From a virus (lineage: Duplodnaviria > Heunggongvirae > Uroviricota > Caudoviricetes), in IMG/VR virus record IMGVR_UViG_2713896908_000005: DNA of 37,921 nt; one strand, given 5' to 3'. Below the pieces are notes generated by a model that saw nothing but the letters and a program-made list of their open reading frames with translations, was not told the origin of the DNA and did not search any database. Numbering within the stretch: position 1 is the stretch's first letter; every line of letters begins with the position of its first letter. Shown here piece after piece: positions 17,682 to 27,506 of the stretch. The position numbers were made by a program, and so were the translations under genes.

Positions 17682-18897
17682 TGCTCTGTTCAGAAGTAAA
17701 TCACTGGAGAATCCTTCCACCCCGATAACCGGGGATGCCGTTGATACTGATGGGCTGTTCCGGGCAGACGTTTATGTCAGTCCTGAGACTGCGATGAAAC
17801 TGGCTGCGGTGTATTCCTGTATCTATGTCCTGTCTTCCAGCCTTGCCCAGATGCCGTTGCATGTTATGCGCAGGCACAAGGGGAAGGTTGAACCCGCACG
17901 CGATCATCCTGCGTTTTATCTGGTTCATGATGAGCCCAATACTTGGCAAACCAGCTACAAATGGCGCGAACTGAAGCAACGTCACATCCTTGGCTGGGGG
18001 AATGGGTATACCTGGGTGAAACGTAATCGTCGCGGTGAAGTCATATCCCTGGATTGCTGTATGCCGTGGGAAACGACGCTGATGAATACTGGTGGCCGAT
18101 ATACCTACGGTTTGTACAACGAATATGGGGCGTTTGCGATCAGTCCGGACGATATGATCCACATCCGTGCGCTGGGTAATAATCAGAAGATGGGGCTGAG
18201 TCCGATTATGCAACATGCCGAAACAATAGGCATGGGGATGAGCGGTCAGAAGTACACAGAAAGCTTCTTCAGCGGTAATGCCCGTCCGGCGGGGATAGTA
18301 TCCGTTAAAAGCGGACTCAATAAGGAAAGCTGGGGCTGGCTTAAAGATCAGTGGCAGAAGGCATCGCAGGCGTTACGCCGCCAGGAAAACAAAACCATGC
18401 TGCTGCCAGCCGATCTGGATTACAAGGCACTGACTGTGTCGCCAGTTGACGCTCAGATCATTGACATGATGAAGCTGAACCGTTCAATGATCGCCGGTAT
18501 TTTCAATATTCCTGCGCACATGATTAATGACCTCGAAAAAGCCACCTTCTCCAATATTTCTGCGCAGGCGATTCAGTTTGTCCGCTACACGATGATGCCG
18601 TGGGTGACGAACTGGGAGCAGGAGCTTAACCGTCGCTTGTTTACCCGCGCTGAGTTAGCCGCCGGGTATTACGTCAGGTTCAATCTGACGGGGCTTTTAC
18701 GCGGAACTCCGCAGGAGCGCGCGCAATTCTATCACTTCGCTATTACCGATGGATGGATGAGCCGTAATGAGGCCCGCGCATTTGAGGATATGAATCCGGT
18801 TGAAGGGCTGGACGAGATGCTGGTAAGCGTGAATGCTGCTAACCCGGCAGGAGATTTTAAGCCCCCAAAAAACGATGAGGGAAAAACCAATGAATGA
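17623..18897 (+). CDS. portal protein (HK97-type); start uncertain (ATG 17623 or GTG 17671)
   Basis: About 410-424 aa; follows terL; GTG 17671 has an AGGGGG SD 5 nt upstream, whereas ATG 17623 gives an odd Trp-rich N-terminus. Confidence 0.8.
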   Translation: MLYCWWAHWLWSEGGRVLLDALFRSKSLENPSTPITGDAVDTDGLFRADVYVSPETAMKLAAVYSCIYVLSSSLAQMPLHVMRRHKGKVEPARDHPAFYLVHDEPNTWQTSYKWRELKQRHILGWGNGYTWVKRNRRGEVISLDCCMPWETTLMNTGGRYTYGLYNEYGAFAISPDDMIHIRALGNNQKMGLSPIMQHAETIGMGMSGQKYTESFFSGNARPAGIVSVKSGLNKESWGWLKDQWQKASQALRRQENKTMLLPADLDYKALTVSPVDAQIIDMMKLNRSMIAGIFNIPAHMINDLEKATFSNISAQAIQFVRYTMMPWVTNWEQELNRRLFTRAELAAGYYVRFNLTGLLRGTPQERAQFYHFAITDGWMSRNEARAFEDMNPVEGLDEMLVSVNAANPAGDFKPPKNDEGKTNE

Positions 18898-19492
18898 CCG
18901 TGAAATCCGTTGTTACAGCGGTGAGGTGCGTGCTGAGCGGCATGACGATAACCCGGCGCACATTATCGGTTATGGATCGGTGTTTGACTGTCGTTCTGAG
19001 CTGATATTCGGTTCATTCCGCGAAATCATCCGGCCCGGCGCTTTTGACGATGTGCTTGGTGATGATGTACGCGCACTGTTTAACCACGATCCTAATTTTA
19101 TTCTTGGGCGTAGTGCAGCAGGCACGCTGAATCTTTCAGTTGATGAGCGCGGATTACGCTATGACATCCAGGCTCCGGAGACACAGACCATTCGTGATCT
19201 GGTGCTGGCCCCGATGCAACGTGGAGATATTAACCAGTCATCTTTCGCTTTCCGTGTCGCCCGTGACGGTGAGGAGTGGTATCAGGATGAGGACGGGGTT
19301 GTTATTCGCGAGATAACCCGCTTTTCCCGTCTGCTGGATGTCAGTCCTGTGACATATCCTGCCTATCAGGAGGCTGACTCGGCTGTTCGCTCCATGAAAG
19401 CATGGCAGGAGGCGCGCAACAGTGGCGCGCTACAGAAAGCCATTAATCAACGTATGGCGCGTGAACGCGTCCTGACCCTTCTTAACGCGTAA
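18890..19492 (+). CDS. prohead maturation protease (HK97 gp4-like)
   Basis: Start at ATG 18890 (GAGGG SD) overlapping portal stop; about 200 aa; position between portal and capsid genes. Confidence 0.8.
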   Translation: MNDREIRCYSGEVRAERHDDNPAHIIGYGSVFDCRSELIFGSFREIIRPGAFDDVLGDDVRALFNHDPNFILGRSAAGTLNLSVDERGLRYDIQAPETQTIRDLVLAPMQRGDINQSSFAFRVARDGEEWYQDEDGVVIREITRFSRLLDVSPVTYPAYQEADSAVRSMKAWQEARNSGALQKAINQRMARERVLTLLNA

Positions 19493-19502
19493 AGGAAACA
19501 TC

Positions 19503-20732
19503 ATGAAACTGCATGAACTGAAACAGAAACGTAATACTATCGCAACTGACATGCGCGCCCTGAATGAAAAAATTGGTGATAACGCATGGACGGAAGAGCA
19601 GCGCACTGAGTGGAACAAAGCAAAATCCGAACTGGAAGCGCTTGATGAACGAATTGCACGCGAAGAAGAACTGCGTCGTCAGGATCAGGCGTACATTGAA
19701 AGCAATGAGGAAGAGCAGCGTCAGAATCTTGATCCGGAAAACAATCCGCAACAGGATGAGAAACGAGCTCAGGTTTTTGATAAGTGGATGCGTCACGGTG
19801 CCAGTGAGCTGACATCAGAAGAACGAAAGGCGTTGCGTGAACTTCGTGCCCAGGGTGTAGCTCAGGATGAAAAGGGCGGATATACCGTACCAGAAACATT
19901 CCTGGCGAAAGTTGTTGAGAAGATGAAATCCTACGGTGGCATCGCCAGTGTGGCGCAGATTCTGACCACTTCTGACGGTCGCACTATGGAGTGGGCAACA
20001 GCTGATGGTACTTCCGAAGTTGGTGTTCTGCTGGGCGAAAATGAAGAAGCCGGTGAAGAAGACACCGATTTCGGTATGGGAAGTCTTGGGGCGCTCAAAA
20101 TGACATCGAAAATCATTCGTGTGTCTAATGAGTTGCTGCAGGACAGCGCGATCGATATGGAAGCTTATCTTGCCCGTCGCATTGCTGAACGTATTGGTCG
20201 TGGTGAAGCCCGTTATCTGATTCAGGGAACTGGTGCTGGTACGCCTAAACAACCCAAAGGGCTGGTCGCATCTGTGACCGGCACAACACAGACTGCCGCG
20301 GCAAATACTGTGAAGTGGCAGGAAATTCTGGCTCTGAAACACAGCATTGATCCCGCATATCGTCGCGGGCCGAAATTTCGCCTGGCGTTTAACGATAATA
20401 CGCTGAAACTGATCAGTGAGATGGAAGACGGTCAGGGACGCCCTTTATGGTTGCCGGATATTGTTGGTGTGGCACCTGCTTCAGTGTTGAATGTACCGTA
20501 TGTCATTGATCAGGAAATTGATGATATCGGGGCGGGTAAAAAATTCATGTTCTGTGGTGACTTTGATCGCTTCATTATCCGTCGTGTGCGATACATGATT
20601 CTTAAACGTCTGGTTGAGCGTTACGCGGAATATGATCAGACCGGTTTTCTGGCCTTCCATCGTTTTGACTGTATCCTGGAAGACACCTCTGCCATTAAAG
20701 CGCTGGTGGGGAAAGGTAGCGTTGGTGGTTGA
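19503..20732 (+). CDS. major capsid protein (HK97 fold) with N-terminal coiled-coil delta domain
   Basis: 409 aa; N-terminal about 100 aa charged coiled coil (scaffold-like), then capsid core; follows protease. Confidence 0.9.
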   Translation: MKLHELKQKRNTIATDMRALNEKIGDNAWTEEQRTEWNKAKSELEALDERIAREEELRRQDQAYIESNEEEQRQNLDPENNPQQDEKRAQVFDKWMRHGASELTSEERKALRELRAQGVAQDEKGGYTVPETFLAKVVEKMKSYGGIASVAQILTTSDGRTMEWATADGTSEVGVLLGENEEAGEEDTDFGMGSLGALKMTSKIIRVSNELLQDSAIDMEAYLARRIAERIGRGEARYLIQGTGAGTPKQPKGLVASVTGTTQTAAANTVKWQEILALKHSIDPAYRRGPKFRLAFNDNTLKLISEMEDGQGRPLWLPDIVGVAPASVLNVPYVIDQEIDDIGAGKKFMFCGDFDRFIIRRVRYMILKRLVERYAEYDQTGFLAFHRFDCILEDTSAIKALVGKGSVGG

Positions 20733-20756
20733 TTAGTCTTTTTACGTAATACAGCA

Positions 20757-20779
20757 CGCCGCGTAATGCGGTTTTTTTT
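20757..20779 (+). terminator. intrinsic terminator after major capsid gene
   Basis: Short GC stem (GCCGC/GCGG, 20758-20771) followed by T8 (20772-20779); a second perfect 8-bp hairpin GTGCCCGC/GCGGGCAC at 20780-20801 sits just before the next SD. Confidence 0.5.
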
Positions 20780-20811
20780 GTGCCCGCGTTCTGGCGGGCA
20801 CAGGAGGTTTT

Positions 20812-21135
20812 ATGCTGTTAAAAATGGAAGAGATTAAGCTTCAGCTCCGTCTGGATGATGATTTCTCTGATGAAGATGAGTTGCTTGAACTACTTGGGAA
20901 GGCCGCTCAGAGTCGTACGGAAAACTTCCTTAACCGTAAGTTGTATGCAACCGTAGATGACAGGCCTGCGGATGATCCTGATGGGCTTGTGATATCTGAT
21001 GATGTGAAGCTGGCGCTCCTGCTACTTGTCAGCCATTTCTACGAAAACCGCTCAACGGTTACAGACGTTGAGAAAATGGAGTTGCCAATGAGCTTTAACT
21101 GGTTGGTTGCTCCTTATCGCCTTATACCACTATGA
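20812..21135 (+). CDS. head-tail connector protein (gp6-like)
   Basis: 107 aa, acidic; first gene after capsid with AGGAGG SD. Confidence 0.6.
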   Translation: MLLKMEEIKLQLRLDDDFSDEDELLELLGKAAQSRTENFLNRKLYATVDDRPADDPDGLVISDDVKLALLLLVSHFYENRSTVTDVEKMELPMSFNWLVAPYRLIPL

Positions 21136-21542
21136 AAATTCGTCAGGCGCAGACCAGCGCAACCTACATTCTGCCTGACCCAGGCGAGCTGAATAAACGC
21201 GTCCTGATCCGCCAGCGGGTGGATATGCCCGCGGATAACTTTGGCGTGGAGCCTCAATACCCGGTTGCGTTCCGGGCATGGGCGAAGGTTATCCAGACCA
21301 GTGCCACCACCTGGCAGGAAACCGCGCAGACCGGAGACGCCATCACCCATTACATCACCATTCGCTACCGCCGGGGGATCACTGCTGATTATGAGGTGGT
21401 CTGTGATGACAGTGTGTACCGGGTGAAACGTCAGCGCGATCTGAACGGGGCGCGGCGCTTTCTGCTGCTGGAGTGTACGGAACTGGGCGAATTTACGCAG
21501 AGTCACGGAGGCAGCAATGGCGACTCCCTTTTTTCACGTTGA
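21132..21542 (+). CDS. head closure / head-tail adaptor protein
   Basis: 136 aa; ATGA overlap with previous gene; conserved position in HK97-type head modules. Confidence 0.6.
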   Translation: MKIRQAQTSATYILPDPGELNKRVLIRQRVDMPADNFGVEPQYPVAFRAWAKVIQTSATTWQETAQTGDAITHYITIRYRRGITADYEVVCDDSVYRVKRQRDLNGARRFLLLECTELGEFTQSHGGSNGDSLFSR

Positions 21543-22023
21543 TGTTCAGCAGCCCGCGGAGATGCGCTTTAACCGCGCCCGTGTCCGGCGGGCGTTTGTC
21601 ACGATTGGGCAGCGTCATATGCGTGATGCCCGTCGGCTGGTGATGCGCCGTGCGCGGTCGGCACCGGGTGAAAACCCCGGTTATCAGACCGGACGCCTGG
21701 CTCGTTCGATTGGTTACATGGTGCCGAGAGCCAGTAAAAAGCGAGCCGGTTTTATGACACGCATTGCCCCTAACCAGCGCAACGGGAAGGGGAACCGGAT
21801 GATCTCTGGTGACTTCTATCCGGCGTTTCTGTTTTTTGGTGTCCGGGGAGGAGCAAAACGTCGTCGTAGTCATCATCGTGGTGCATCCGGTGGCAGCGGC
21901 TGGCGGCTGGCTCCACGTAATAACTTTATGGTGGAAACGCTTGAAAAGAACCGCAGCTGGACACGCTATTTTCTGGCGCGGGAATTGCGTAAATCACTGA
22001 AGCCGGAGCGACGACACAGATGA
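21517..22023 (+). CDS. HK97 gp10-like tail-component protein
   Basis: 168 aa; PGENPGYQTGRLARSI motif typical of the gp10 family; overlaps neighbours. Confidence 0.6.
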   Translation: MATPFFHVDVQQPAEMRFNRARVRRAFVTIGQRHMRDARRLVMRRARSAPGENPGYQTGRLARSIGYMVPRASKKRAGFMTRIAPNQRNGKGNRMISGDFYPAFLFFGVRGGAKRRRSHHRGASGGSGWRLAPRNNFMVETLEKNRSWTRYFLARELRKSLKPERRHR

Positions 22024-22580
22024 AACTGACTCCTGTTATTGCTGCGCTGCGTGCCCGCTGCCCGTATTTTGAAAACCGGGTGGCAGGCGCGGCCCAGTTC
22101 AAAAATCTGCCGGAGGTTGGAAAGCTGAAGCTCCCGGCGGCATATGTGGTACCGGGTGATGACTCTCCGGGAGAAAACAAAAGCCAGACCGACTACTGGC
22201 AGGAGCTGAAAGAGGGCTTCTCCGTGGTTGTCATACTGAGTAACGGGCGTGATGAGCGCGGTCAGTTTGCCTCGTATGATGTGGTGGACGATGTCCGGCA
22301 GATGCTCTTTAAGGCTCTGCTGGGCTGGAACCCGGAAGCGTGCGGTAACCCGATTACCTATGACGGCGGCACGCTGCTGGATCTGAATCGTCATGAGCTG
22401 ATTTATCAGTTCGATTTTTCGGTCATCAGCGAGCTGACCGAAGACGATACCCGCCAGCAGGATGAGCTGAACAGTCTGGATGAACTGCGAACGCTGGCGA
22501 TTGATGTTGATTATCTCGATCCCGGTAACGGGCCTGACGGCGATATCGAACATCACAGCGAAATAACCCTTCCTTCCTGA
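22020..22580 (+). CDS. tail-associated structural protein (neck/tail terminator-like), family not resolved
   Basis: 186 aa; ATGA overlap with upstream gene; precedes sheath gene. Confidence 0.5.
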   Translation: MKLTPVIAALRARCPYFENRVAGAAQFKNLPEVGKLKLPAAYVVPGDDSPGENKSQTDYWQELKEGFSVVVILSNGRDERGQFASYDVVDDVRQMLFKALLGWNPEACGNPITYDGGTLLDLNRHELIYQFDFSVISELTEDDTRQQDELNSLDELRTLAIDVDYLDPGNGPDGDIEHHSEITLPS

Positions 22581-22588
22581 GAATCTTC

Positions 22589-22759
22589 ATGTTTGTGAAA
22601 CCTGTTAAAGGGCGGTCAGTGCCTGACCCTGCCCGCGGTGACCTTTTGCCCGCCGAAGGGCGAAATGTTGACGAGAACAACTACTGGCTGCGCCGTGAAG
22701 CAGCGGGTGATATCCGGCGCGTTAATAAAAAGGTGAACACCGATGACGATAAGCTTTAA
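22589..22759 (+). CDS. small conserved protein upstream of sheath (DUF2635-like), 56 aa
   Basis: MFVKPVKGRSVPDPARGDLLPAEGRNVDENNYWLRREAAGDIRRVNKKVNTDDDKL; below ORF-track cutoff; overlaps sheath start; family assignment from memory. Confidence 0.4.
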   Translation: MFVKPVKGRSVPDPARGDLLPAEGRNVDENNYWLRREAAGDIRRVNKKVNTDDDKL

Positions 22760-24239
22760 CACCATTCCGTCGAATACACTGGTTCCGCTGTTTTATGCGG
22801 AAATGGATAACCAGGCGGCGAATACTGCACAGGACAGCGGGGCATCGCTGCTGATTGGTCATGCCAATAACGGTGCAGAGATTGTTGCCAACAGTCTGGT
22901 GCTGATGCCGTCGGCAGACTATGCACGCCAGATTTGTGGTGCGGGAAGTCAGCTGGCGCGTATGGTCGAGGCTTATCGCCAGACCGACCCGTTTGGTGAG
23001 CTGTATGTGATTGCCGTTCCGGAAGCCACAGGCGCGGCGGCAACGGTTACGCTGACGGTGACCGGGGAAGCAACCGAAAGCGGCACGGTGAATGTCTATG
23101 TGGGACGTACCCGCGTGCAGGCTCCGGTGACCAACGGCGATAACGTCACGACGATTGCCAGCAGTATCCAGGATGCCATCAATGCCGTTCCGACTCTGCC
23201 GTTTACAGCTTCATCTTCGGCTGGTGTTGTCACGCTGACCGCGCGTCATAAGGGGCTTTGCGGGAATGAAATTCCTGTCAGCCTCAATTACTACGGCTTC
23301 GGTGGGGGCGAAGTGCTGCCAGCGGGCGTACAGATTGCCGTGGCGACGGGGACCGCCGGAACGGGCGCTCCGGTTCTCACCGGCGCGGTGGCTGCAATGG
23401 CGGATGAGCCGTTTGATTATATCGGTCTGCCGTTCAACGACACGGCCTCCGTTAACACGCTGGTGACCGAGATGAACGATACCAGCGGTCGCTGGAGCTA
23501 TGCGCGTCAGCTGTATGGTCATGTGTATACGGCAAAGACCGGCACACTGTCAGAACTGGTGAACGCAGGTGACCAGTTTAACCAGCAGCACATCACCCTG
23601 GCGGGGTACGAAAAAGAGACCCAGACGCCTGCCGACGAGCTGGCGGCAAGCCGTACCGCCCGCGCAGCGGTGTTTATCCGCAACGATCCGGCACGTCCCA
23701 CGCAGACCGGTGAGCTGGTGGGTATGCTGCCTGCGCCGAAGGGGAAACGGTTCACGATGACCGAGCAGCAGACCCTGCTGTCTCATGGCGTGGCAACGGC
23801 GTATGTCGAAAGCGGGGTGCTGCGCATTCAGCGTGATGTCACCACGTACAGGAAAAATGCTTACGGGGTTGCGGATAACAGCTACCTCGACAGCGAGACG
23901 CTGCATACCAGTGCGTATGTACTGCGCAAACTGAAATCCGTCATTACCAGTAAGTACGGGCGTCACAAGCTTGCCAGCGACGGTACCCGCTTTGGTCCCG
24001 GTCAGGCGATTGTCACCCCGGCGGTAATCAAAGGCGAACTGCTGGCAACCTACCGTCAGCTCGAGCGTGCGGGCATCGTGGAAAACTACGAACTGTTTAA
24101 GCAGTACCTGGTTGTGGAGCGTGATGCCAGCGATCCGAACCGCCTGAACACGCTGTTCCCGCCTGACTATGTTAACCAGTTGCGTGTCTTTGCCGTGGTT
24201 AACCAGTTCCGTCTTCAGTATTCAGAGGAGTCTGCATAA
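22743..24239 (+). CDS. contractile tail sheath protein (Mu gpL-like)
   Basis: 498 aa; size and position before the tube gene; Mu-like myovirus tail module. Confidence 0.85.
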   Translation: MTISFNTIPSNTLVPLFYAEMDNQAANTAQDSGASLLIGHANNGAEIVANSLVLMPSADYARQICGAGSQLARMVEAYRQTDPFGELYVIAVPEATGAAATVTLTVTGEATESGTVNVYVGRTRVQAPVTNGDNVTTIASSIQDAINAVPTLPFTASSSAGVVTLTARHKGLCGNEIPVSLNYYGFGGGEVLPAGVQIAVATGTAGTGAPVLTGAVAAMADEPFDYIGLPFNDTASVNTLVTEMNDTSGRWSYARQLYGHVYTAKTGTLSELVNAGDQFNQQHITLAGYEKETQTPADELAASRTARAAVFIRNDPARPTQTGELVGMLPAPKGKRFTMTEQQTLLSHGVATAYVESGVLRIQRDVTTYRKNAYGVADNSYLDSETLHTSAYVLRKLKSVITSKYGRHKLASDGTRFGPGQAIVTPAVIKGELLATYRQLERAGIVENYELFKQYLVVERDASDPNRLNTLFPPDYVNQLRVFAVVNQFRLQYSEESA

Positions 24240-24595
24240 TGGCCCGTATCGGGGGAACCTGTTATTTCAAAATTGACGGTCAGCAGCTATCGCTGACCGG
24301 CGGCATTGAGGTGCCCATGAACAGGACGGTCAATGATGACATCATCGGCCTGGACGGTTCAGTGGACCGCAAGGAAACTCACCGTGCGCCTTATGTCAAA
24401 GGGACCTTCAAGGTGCCGAAGAATTTTCCGGTGAGCAAAATCACCTCGTCTGATGAGATGACCATCACTGCCGAGCTGGCGAACGGTCAGGTCTATGTAT
24501 TGTCGTCCGCCTGGCTGCACGGAGAAGCGAACCATAATGCCGAAGAAGGCACGGTTGATCTTGAGTTCCACGGTGAAGAAGGGGATTACCAGTAA
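24239..24595 (+). CDS. tail tube protein
   Basis: 118 aa; ATG overlaps sheath stop; followed by chaperone pair and tape measure. Confidence 0.75.
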   Translation: MARIGGTCYFKIDGQQLSLTGGIEVPMNRTVNDDIIGLDGSVDRKETHRAPYVKGTFKVPKNFPVSKITSSDEMTITAELANGQVYVLSSAWLHGEANHNAEEGTVDLEFHGEEGDYQ

Positions 24596-24864
24596 TGAAA
24601 GAGCTTGAGTTAAAGAAACCGATTATCGCTCATGGTGAGACACTCTCCGTACTGGAGTTTGATGAACCCACCGGGAAGGATGTCCGCGAGCTGGGGTATC
24701 CCTACCAGATGAATCAGGATGAGTCCGTCAGACTTCTGGCGCATGTGGTGTCGAAATACATTGTGCGGCTGGCGAAAGTGCCGCAAAGCTCTGTCGACCA
24801 GATGTCTCCGGCAGATCTGAATGCAGCGGCGTGGCTTGTGGCTGGTTTTTTCCTCCAGGCCTGA
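24595..24864 (+). CDS. tail assembly chaperone (G-like)
   Basis: 89 aa; directly upstream of tape measure; contains slippery heptamer near its 3-prime end. Confidence 0.7.
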   Translation: MKELELKKPIIAHGETLSVLEFDEPTGKDVRELGYPYQMNQDESVRLLAHVVSKYIVRLAKVPQSSVDQMSPADLNAAAWLVAGFFLQA

Positions 24865-25013
24865 CGGCTGAATACCTCACTGATCGCTTCTTTGACTGCG
24901 CCAGCTACTGGCGCATTAATCCCTTCGAATTGCTGAATATGCCGATCAGTGAAATTCCCTTGCTGGTCAGTCAGGCAAACAGGATAGAGCAGGAGAAACG
25001 CACACATGGCTGA
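24595..25013 (+). CDS. tail assembly chaperone GT-like fusion made by programmed -1 frameshift
   Basis: Slippery heptamer T_TTT_TTC at 24846-24852 in the 0 frame (GGT TTT TTC); -1 shift continues FFPPGLTAEYLTDRFFDC... to the stop at 25011-25013, overlapping the tape-measure start. Confidence 0.6.
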
Positions 25014-26838
25014 ATTTGAGCTTAAGGCGTTGATCACCGGTGTCGACAGGCTTTCTCCCGCGCTGTCGAAAATGCAAAAGAAAATCCGGGGATTTAAACG
25101 CCAGGCGGAAGAAGCGTCACAGGGTGGGCTGGCGCTTGGTGGCGGACTGGCAGCGGGGCTGACGCTTTCCCTGAAATCTTATGCCGATCAGGAAAACGCC
25201 GCTACCGGGCTGAAAGTCGCCATGATGGATGCGAACGGCGAGGTTGGAAAGAGCTTTCAGGACATCAATAAACTGGCTATTGGCCTGGGTAACCAGCTAC
25301 CCGGTACAACGGCTGATTTCCAGAACATGATGCAGATGCTGGTGCGTCAGGGGATCCCGGCAGAAAACATTCTTGGTGGTGTGGGTAAAGCGACAGCTTA
25401 TCTTGCGGTACAACTGAAAAAAACACCGGAAGCGGCTGCTGAGTTTGCCGCAAAGATGCAGGATGCTACCGGAACGGCCTCAGAAGACATGATGGGGCTG
25501 TTCGACACAATTCAGAAGGCGTTTTATCTGGGCGTGGACGATACCAACATGCTGTCATTCTTCACTAAAACCAGCTCTGTTCTGAAGATGGTGAATAAGG
25601 ACGGTCTTCAGGCTGCACAGAGTCTTGCCCCCATCAGTGTCATGATGGATCAGATGGGGATGAACGGGGAGTCGGCAGGTAATGCCCTGCGAAAAGTTAT
25701 CCAGTCCGGATTAAGCGTTAAGAAAATCAGGGACGTCAATAAAATCATGGCCCGCCAGAAACTCGGGGTACAGCTCGATTTTACTGATGGCAAAGGGAGT
25801 TTTGGCGGTCTTGATAACATGTTCAGGCAACTGGCAAAGCTGCGAAAACTGACCGACGTTAAGCGAACCGGTGTACTTAAGGCAATATTTGGTGATGATG
25901 CCGAAACCCTTCAGGTGGTCAATGCACTAATCGATAAAGGAAAGGATGGCTACGATCAGATCCAGCAGAAGATGAATAAACAGGCCAGCCTGAATAAACG
26001 TGTTCAGGCTCAGCTTGGTACGCTGTCCAACCTGTGGGAGGCAATGACGGGGACCGCAACTAACGGCCTTGCGGCTATTGGCGGCGCATTTTCTGGTGAC
26101 GCTAAGAACATCACGCAGTGGCTGGGGGAGTTGGGGGAGAAATTCACGAAGTTTGCGGATGAAAATCCCCGGGTTATTCGCGGCGTCGTCGGGCTTGCTG
26201 CCGGTCTTGCGATTCTGAAACTGGGATTGATGGGCGTGGGCAGTGCCATCAACATTGTCAGCAGGATCATGTCGATGACGCCGATTGGCATGATTGCGAC
26301 GGCGATAGCCCTGGCTGCGGGATTAATTATCACTAACTGGGATGTTGTCGGACCTTATTTCAAGAAGCTCTGGGAAACCATTGGTCCTTATTTTGAGGCT
26401 GGCTGGGAACTCCTTAAGAAAGTTTTTGCCTGGTCGCCGCTGGGGATGGTGATCAATAACTGGGGACCGGTTGTTAAGTGGTTTCAGGATATGTGGGATA
26501 AGCTGAAGCCGATTATTGAATGGTTTACCGACAGTTCCGGTGACACGGTCGATACCATTAACTCGGCGCAGTGGGGCGCGGGTGCTTATGATGCTTATGG
26601 GACGGGAATACCGGCACGGGGATACACGCCTTATCCGGCGGTGGATCCGGCTCAGGCAAACAACGCCTCCGATGCCACAGGCTCGAATCCCTTCATGATT
26701 AATAAAGCTACCGCGCCAAAAGTTGATGGTGAGATCAAGGTATCATTTATAAATATGCCACCAGGTATGCGGGTTACGGAAACACGCTCCAGTGGCATTG
26801 ATATAAATCACGATGTTGGCTATACCCGATTTTGGTAG
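25006..26838 (+). CDS. tail tape measure protein
   Basis: 610 aa; Gly/Ala-rich, hydrophobic central segments; position after the G/GT pair. Confidence 0.85.
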   Translation: MAEFELKALITGVDRLSPALSKMQKKIRGFKRQAEEASQGGLALGGGLAAGLTLSLKSYADQENAATGLKVAMMDANGEVGKSFQDINKLAIGLGNQLPGTTADFQNMMQMLVRQGIPAENILGGVGKATAYLAVQLKKTPEAAAEFAAKMQDATGTASEDMMGLFDTIQKAFYLGVDDTNMLSFFTKTSSVLKMVNKDGLQAAQSLAPISVMMDQMGMNGESAGNALRKVIQSGLSVKKIRDVNKIMARQKLGVQLDFTDGKGSFGGLDNMFRQLAKLRKLTDVKRTGVLKAIFGDDAETLQVVNALIDKGKDGYDQIQQKMNKQASLNKRVQAQLGTLSNLWEAMTGTATNGLAAIGGAFSGDAKNITQWLGELGEKFTKFADENPRVIRGVVGLAAGLAILKLGLMGVGSAINIVSRIMSMTPIGMIATAIALAAGLIITNWDVVGPYFKKLWETIGPYFEAGWELLKKVFAWSPLGMVINNWGPVVKWFQDMWDKLKPIIEWFTDSSGDTVDTINSAQWGAGAYDAYGTGIPARGYTPYPAVDPAQANNASDATGSNPFMINKATAPKVDGEIKVSFINMPPGMRVTETRSSGIDINHDVGYTRFW

Positions 26839-26866
26839 CCAGGATTCCCCTCACATGTATTGCTGG

Positions 26867-26894
26867 TTGTAAGTCATAAATAGAGTGATAGAAT
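26867..26894 (+). promoter_or_regulatory. putative promoter of the tail-module cargo gene
   Basis: TTGTAA (26867-26872) -N16- TAGAAT (26889-26894), 35 nt upstream of ATG 26930. Confidence 0.35.
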
Positions 26895-26929
26895 TAATGC
26901 ACATTTAGAAAAATGTTAATAGGCGAAAA

Positions 26930-27460
26930 ATGAAAGGCTATATCACAGCAAGTGTAATTCTTGGAGCAGCGGCTATTTTTTCATCTCTCATAATCTCTGG
27001 CAACATCTCCTTTAAAGATGAACATATTATTCAGTTATCTGGAGGAGCCATAAAACTTGGTGATGTTTATAAAGAAAATAAATTGATAAGTGCAAAGATT
27101 ATTTTTCCAGATAATCAGGGTGAACAGATTCTTGTTGTCGACGGCAATCCTGAAAACTTTAAGGAGGATTTTCAGGAGAAATTAAATAAAGTAATAAAAA
27201 CTTTAAATGCGTCAAAGAAAAAAGATGAAGAGAAAGTTAGCCTGGATAATTTAAGTGTTATTGAAGAGTCTAAACTAGAGCTCGTTTCTGCGGTGCGTTA
27301 CTCTGCTCAGTATGTTCCTATGTTTACTCTGACGCTGGACAAAAAAGAAATTACCATGCCTAAAAATACGGTAATATTTCCATTTGCCAGCGATGAAACA
27401 GCTAAGTATTTAAATGAACAACAGCAAAAGTATAAAGATTCGTTGTTTCTGACTCGCTAA
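26930..27460 (+). CDS. hypothetical 176-aa signal-anchored/exported protein, AT-rich cargo in tail module
   Basis: N-terminal hydrophobic segment ITASVILGAAAIFSSLIISG (no lipobox Cys), Lys/Glu-rich remainder; AT-rich; own promoter and a strong terminator. Confidence 0.7.
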   Translation: MKGYITASVILGAAAIFSSLIISGNISFKDEHIIQLSGGAIKLGDVYKENKLISAKIIFPDNQGEQILVVDGNPENFKEDFQEKLNKVIKTLNASKKKDEEKVSLDNLSVIEESKLELVSAVRYSAQYVPMFTLTLDKKEITMPKNTVIFPFASDETAKYLNEQQQKYKDSLFLTR

Positions 27461-27480
27461 TTAATAAAATTCATTACAAG

Positions 27481-27506
27481 GCCACCTTCTAATAGGTGGC
27501 TTTTTT
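27481..27506 (+). terminator. intrinsic terminator after the tail-module cargo gene
   Basis: GCCACC (27481-27486) ttctaata GGTGGC (27495-27500) followed by TTTTTT (27501-27506). Confidence 0.7.
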
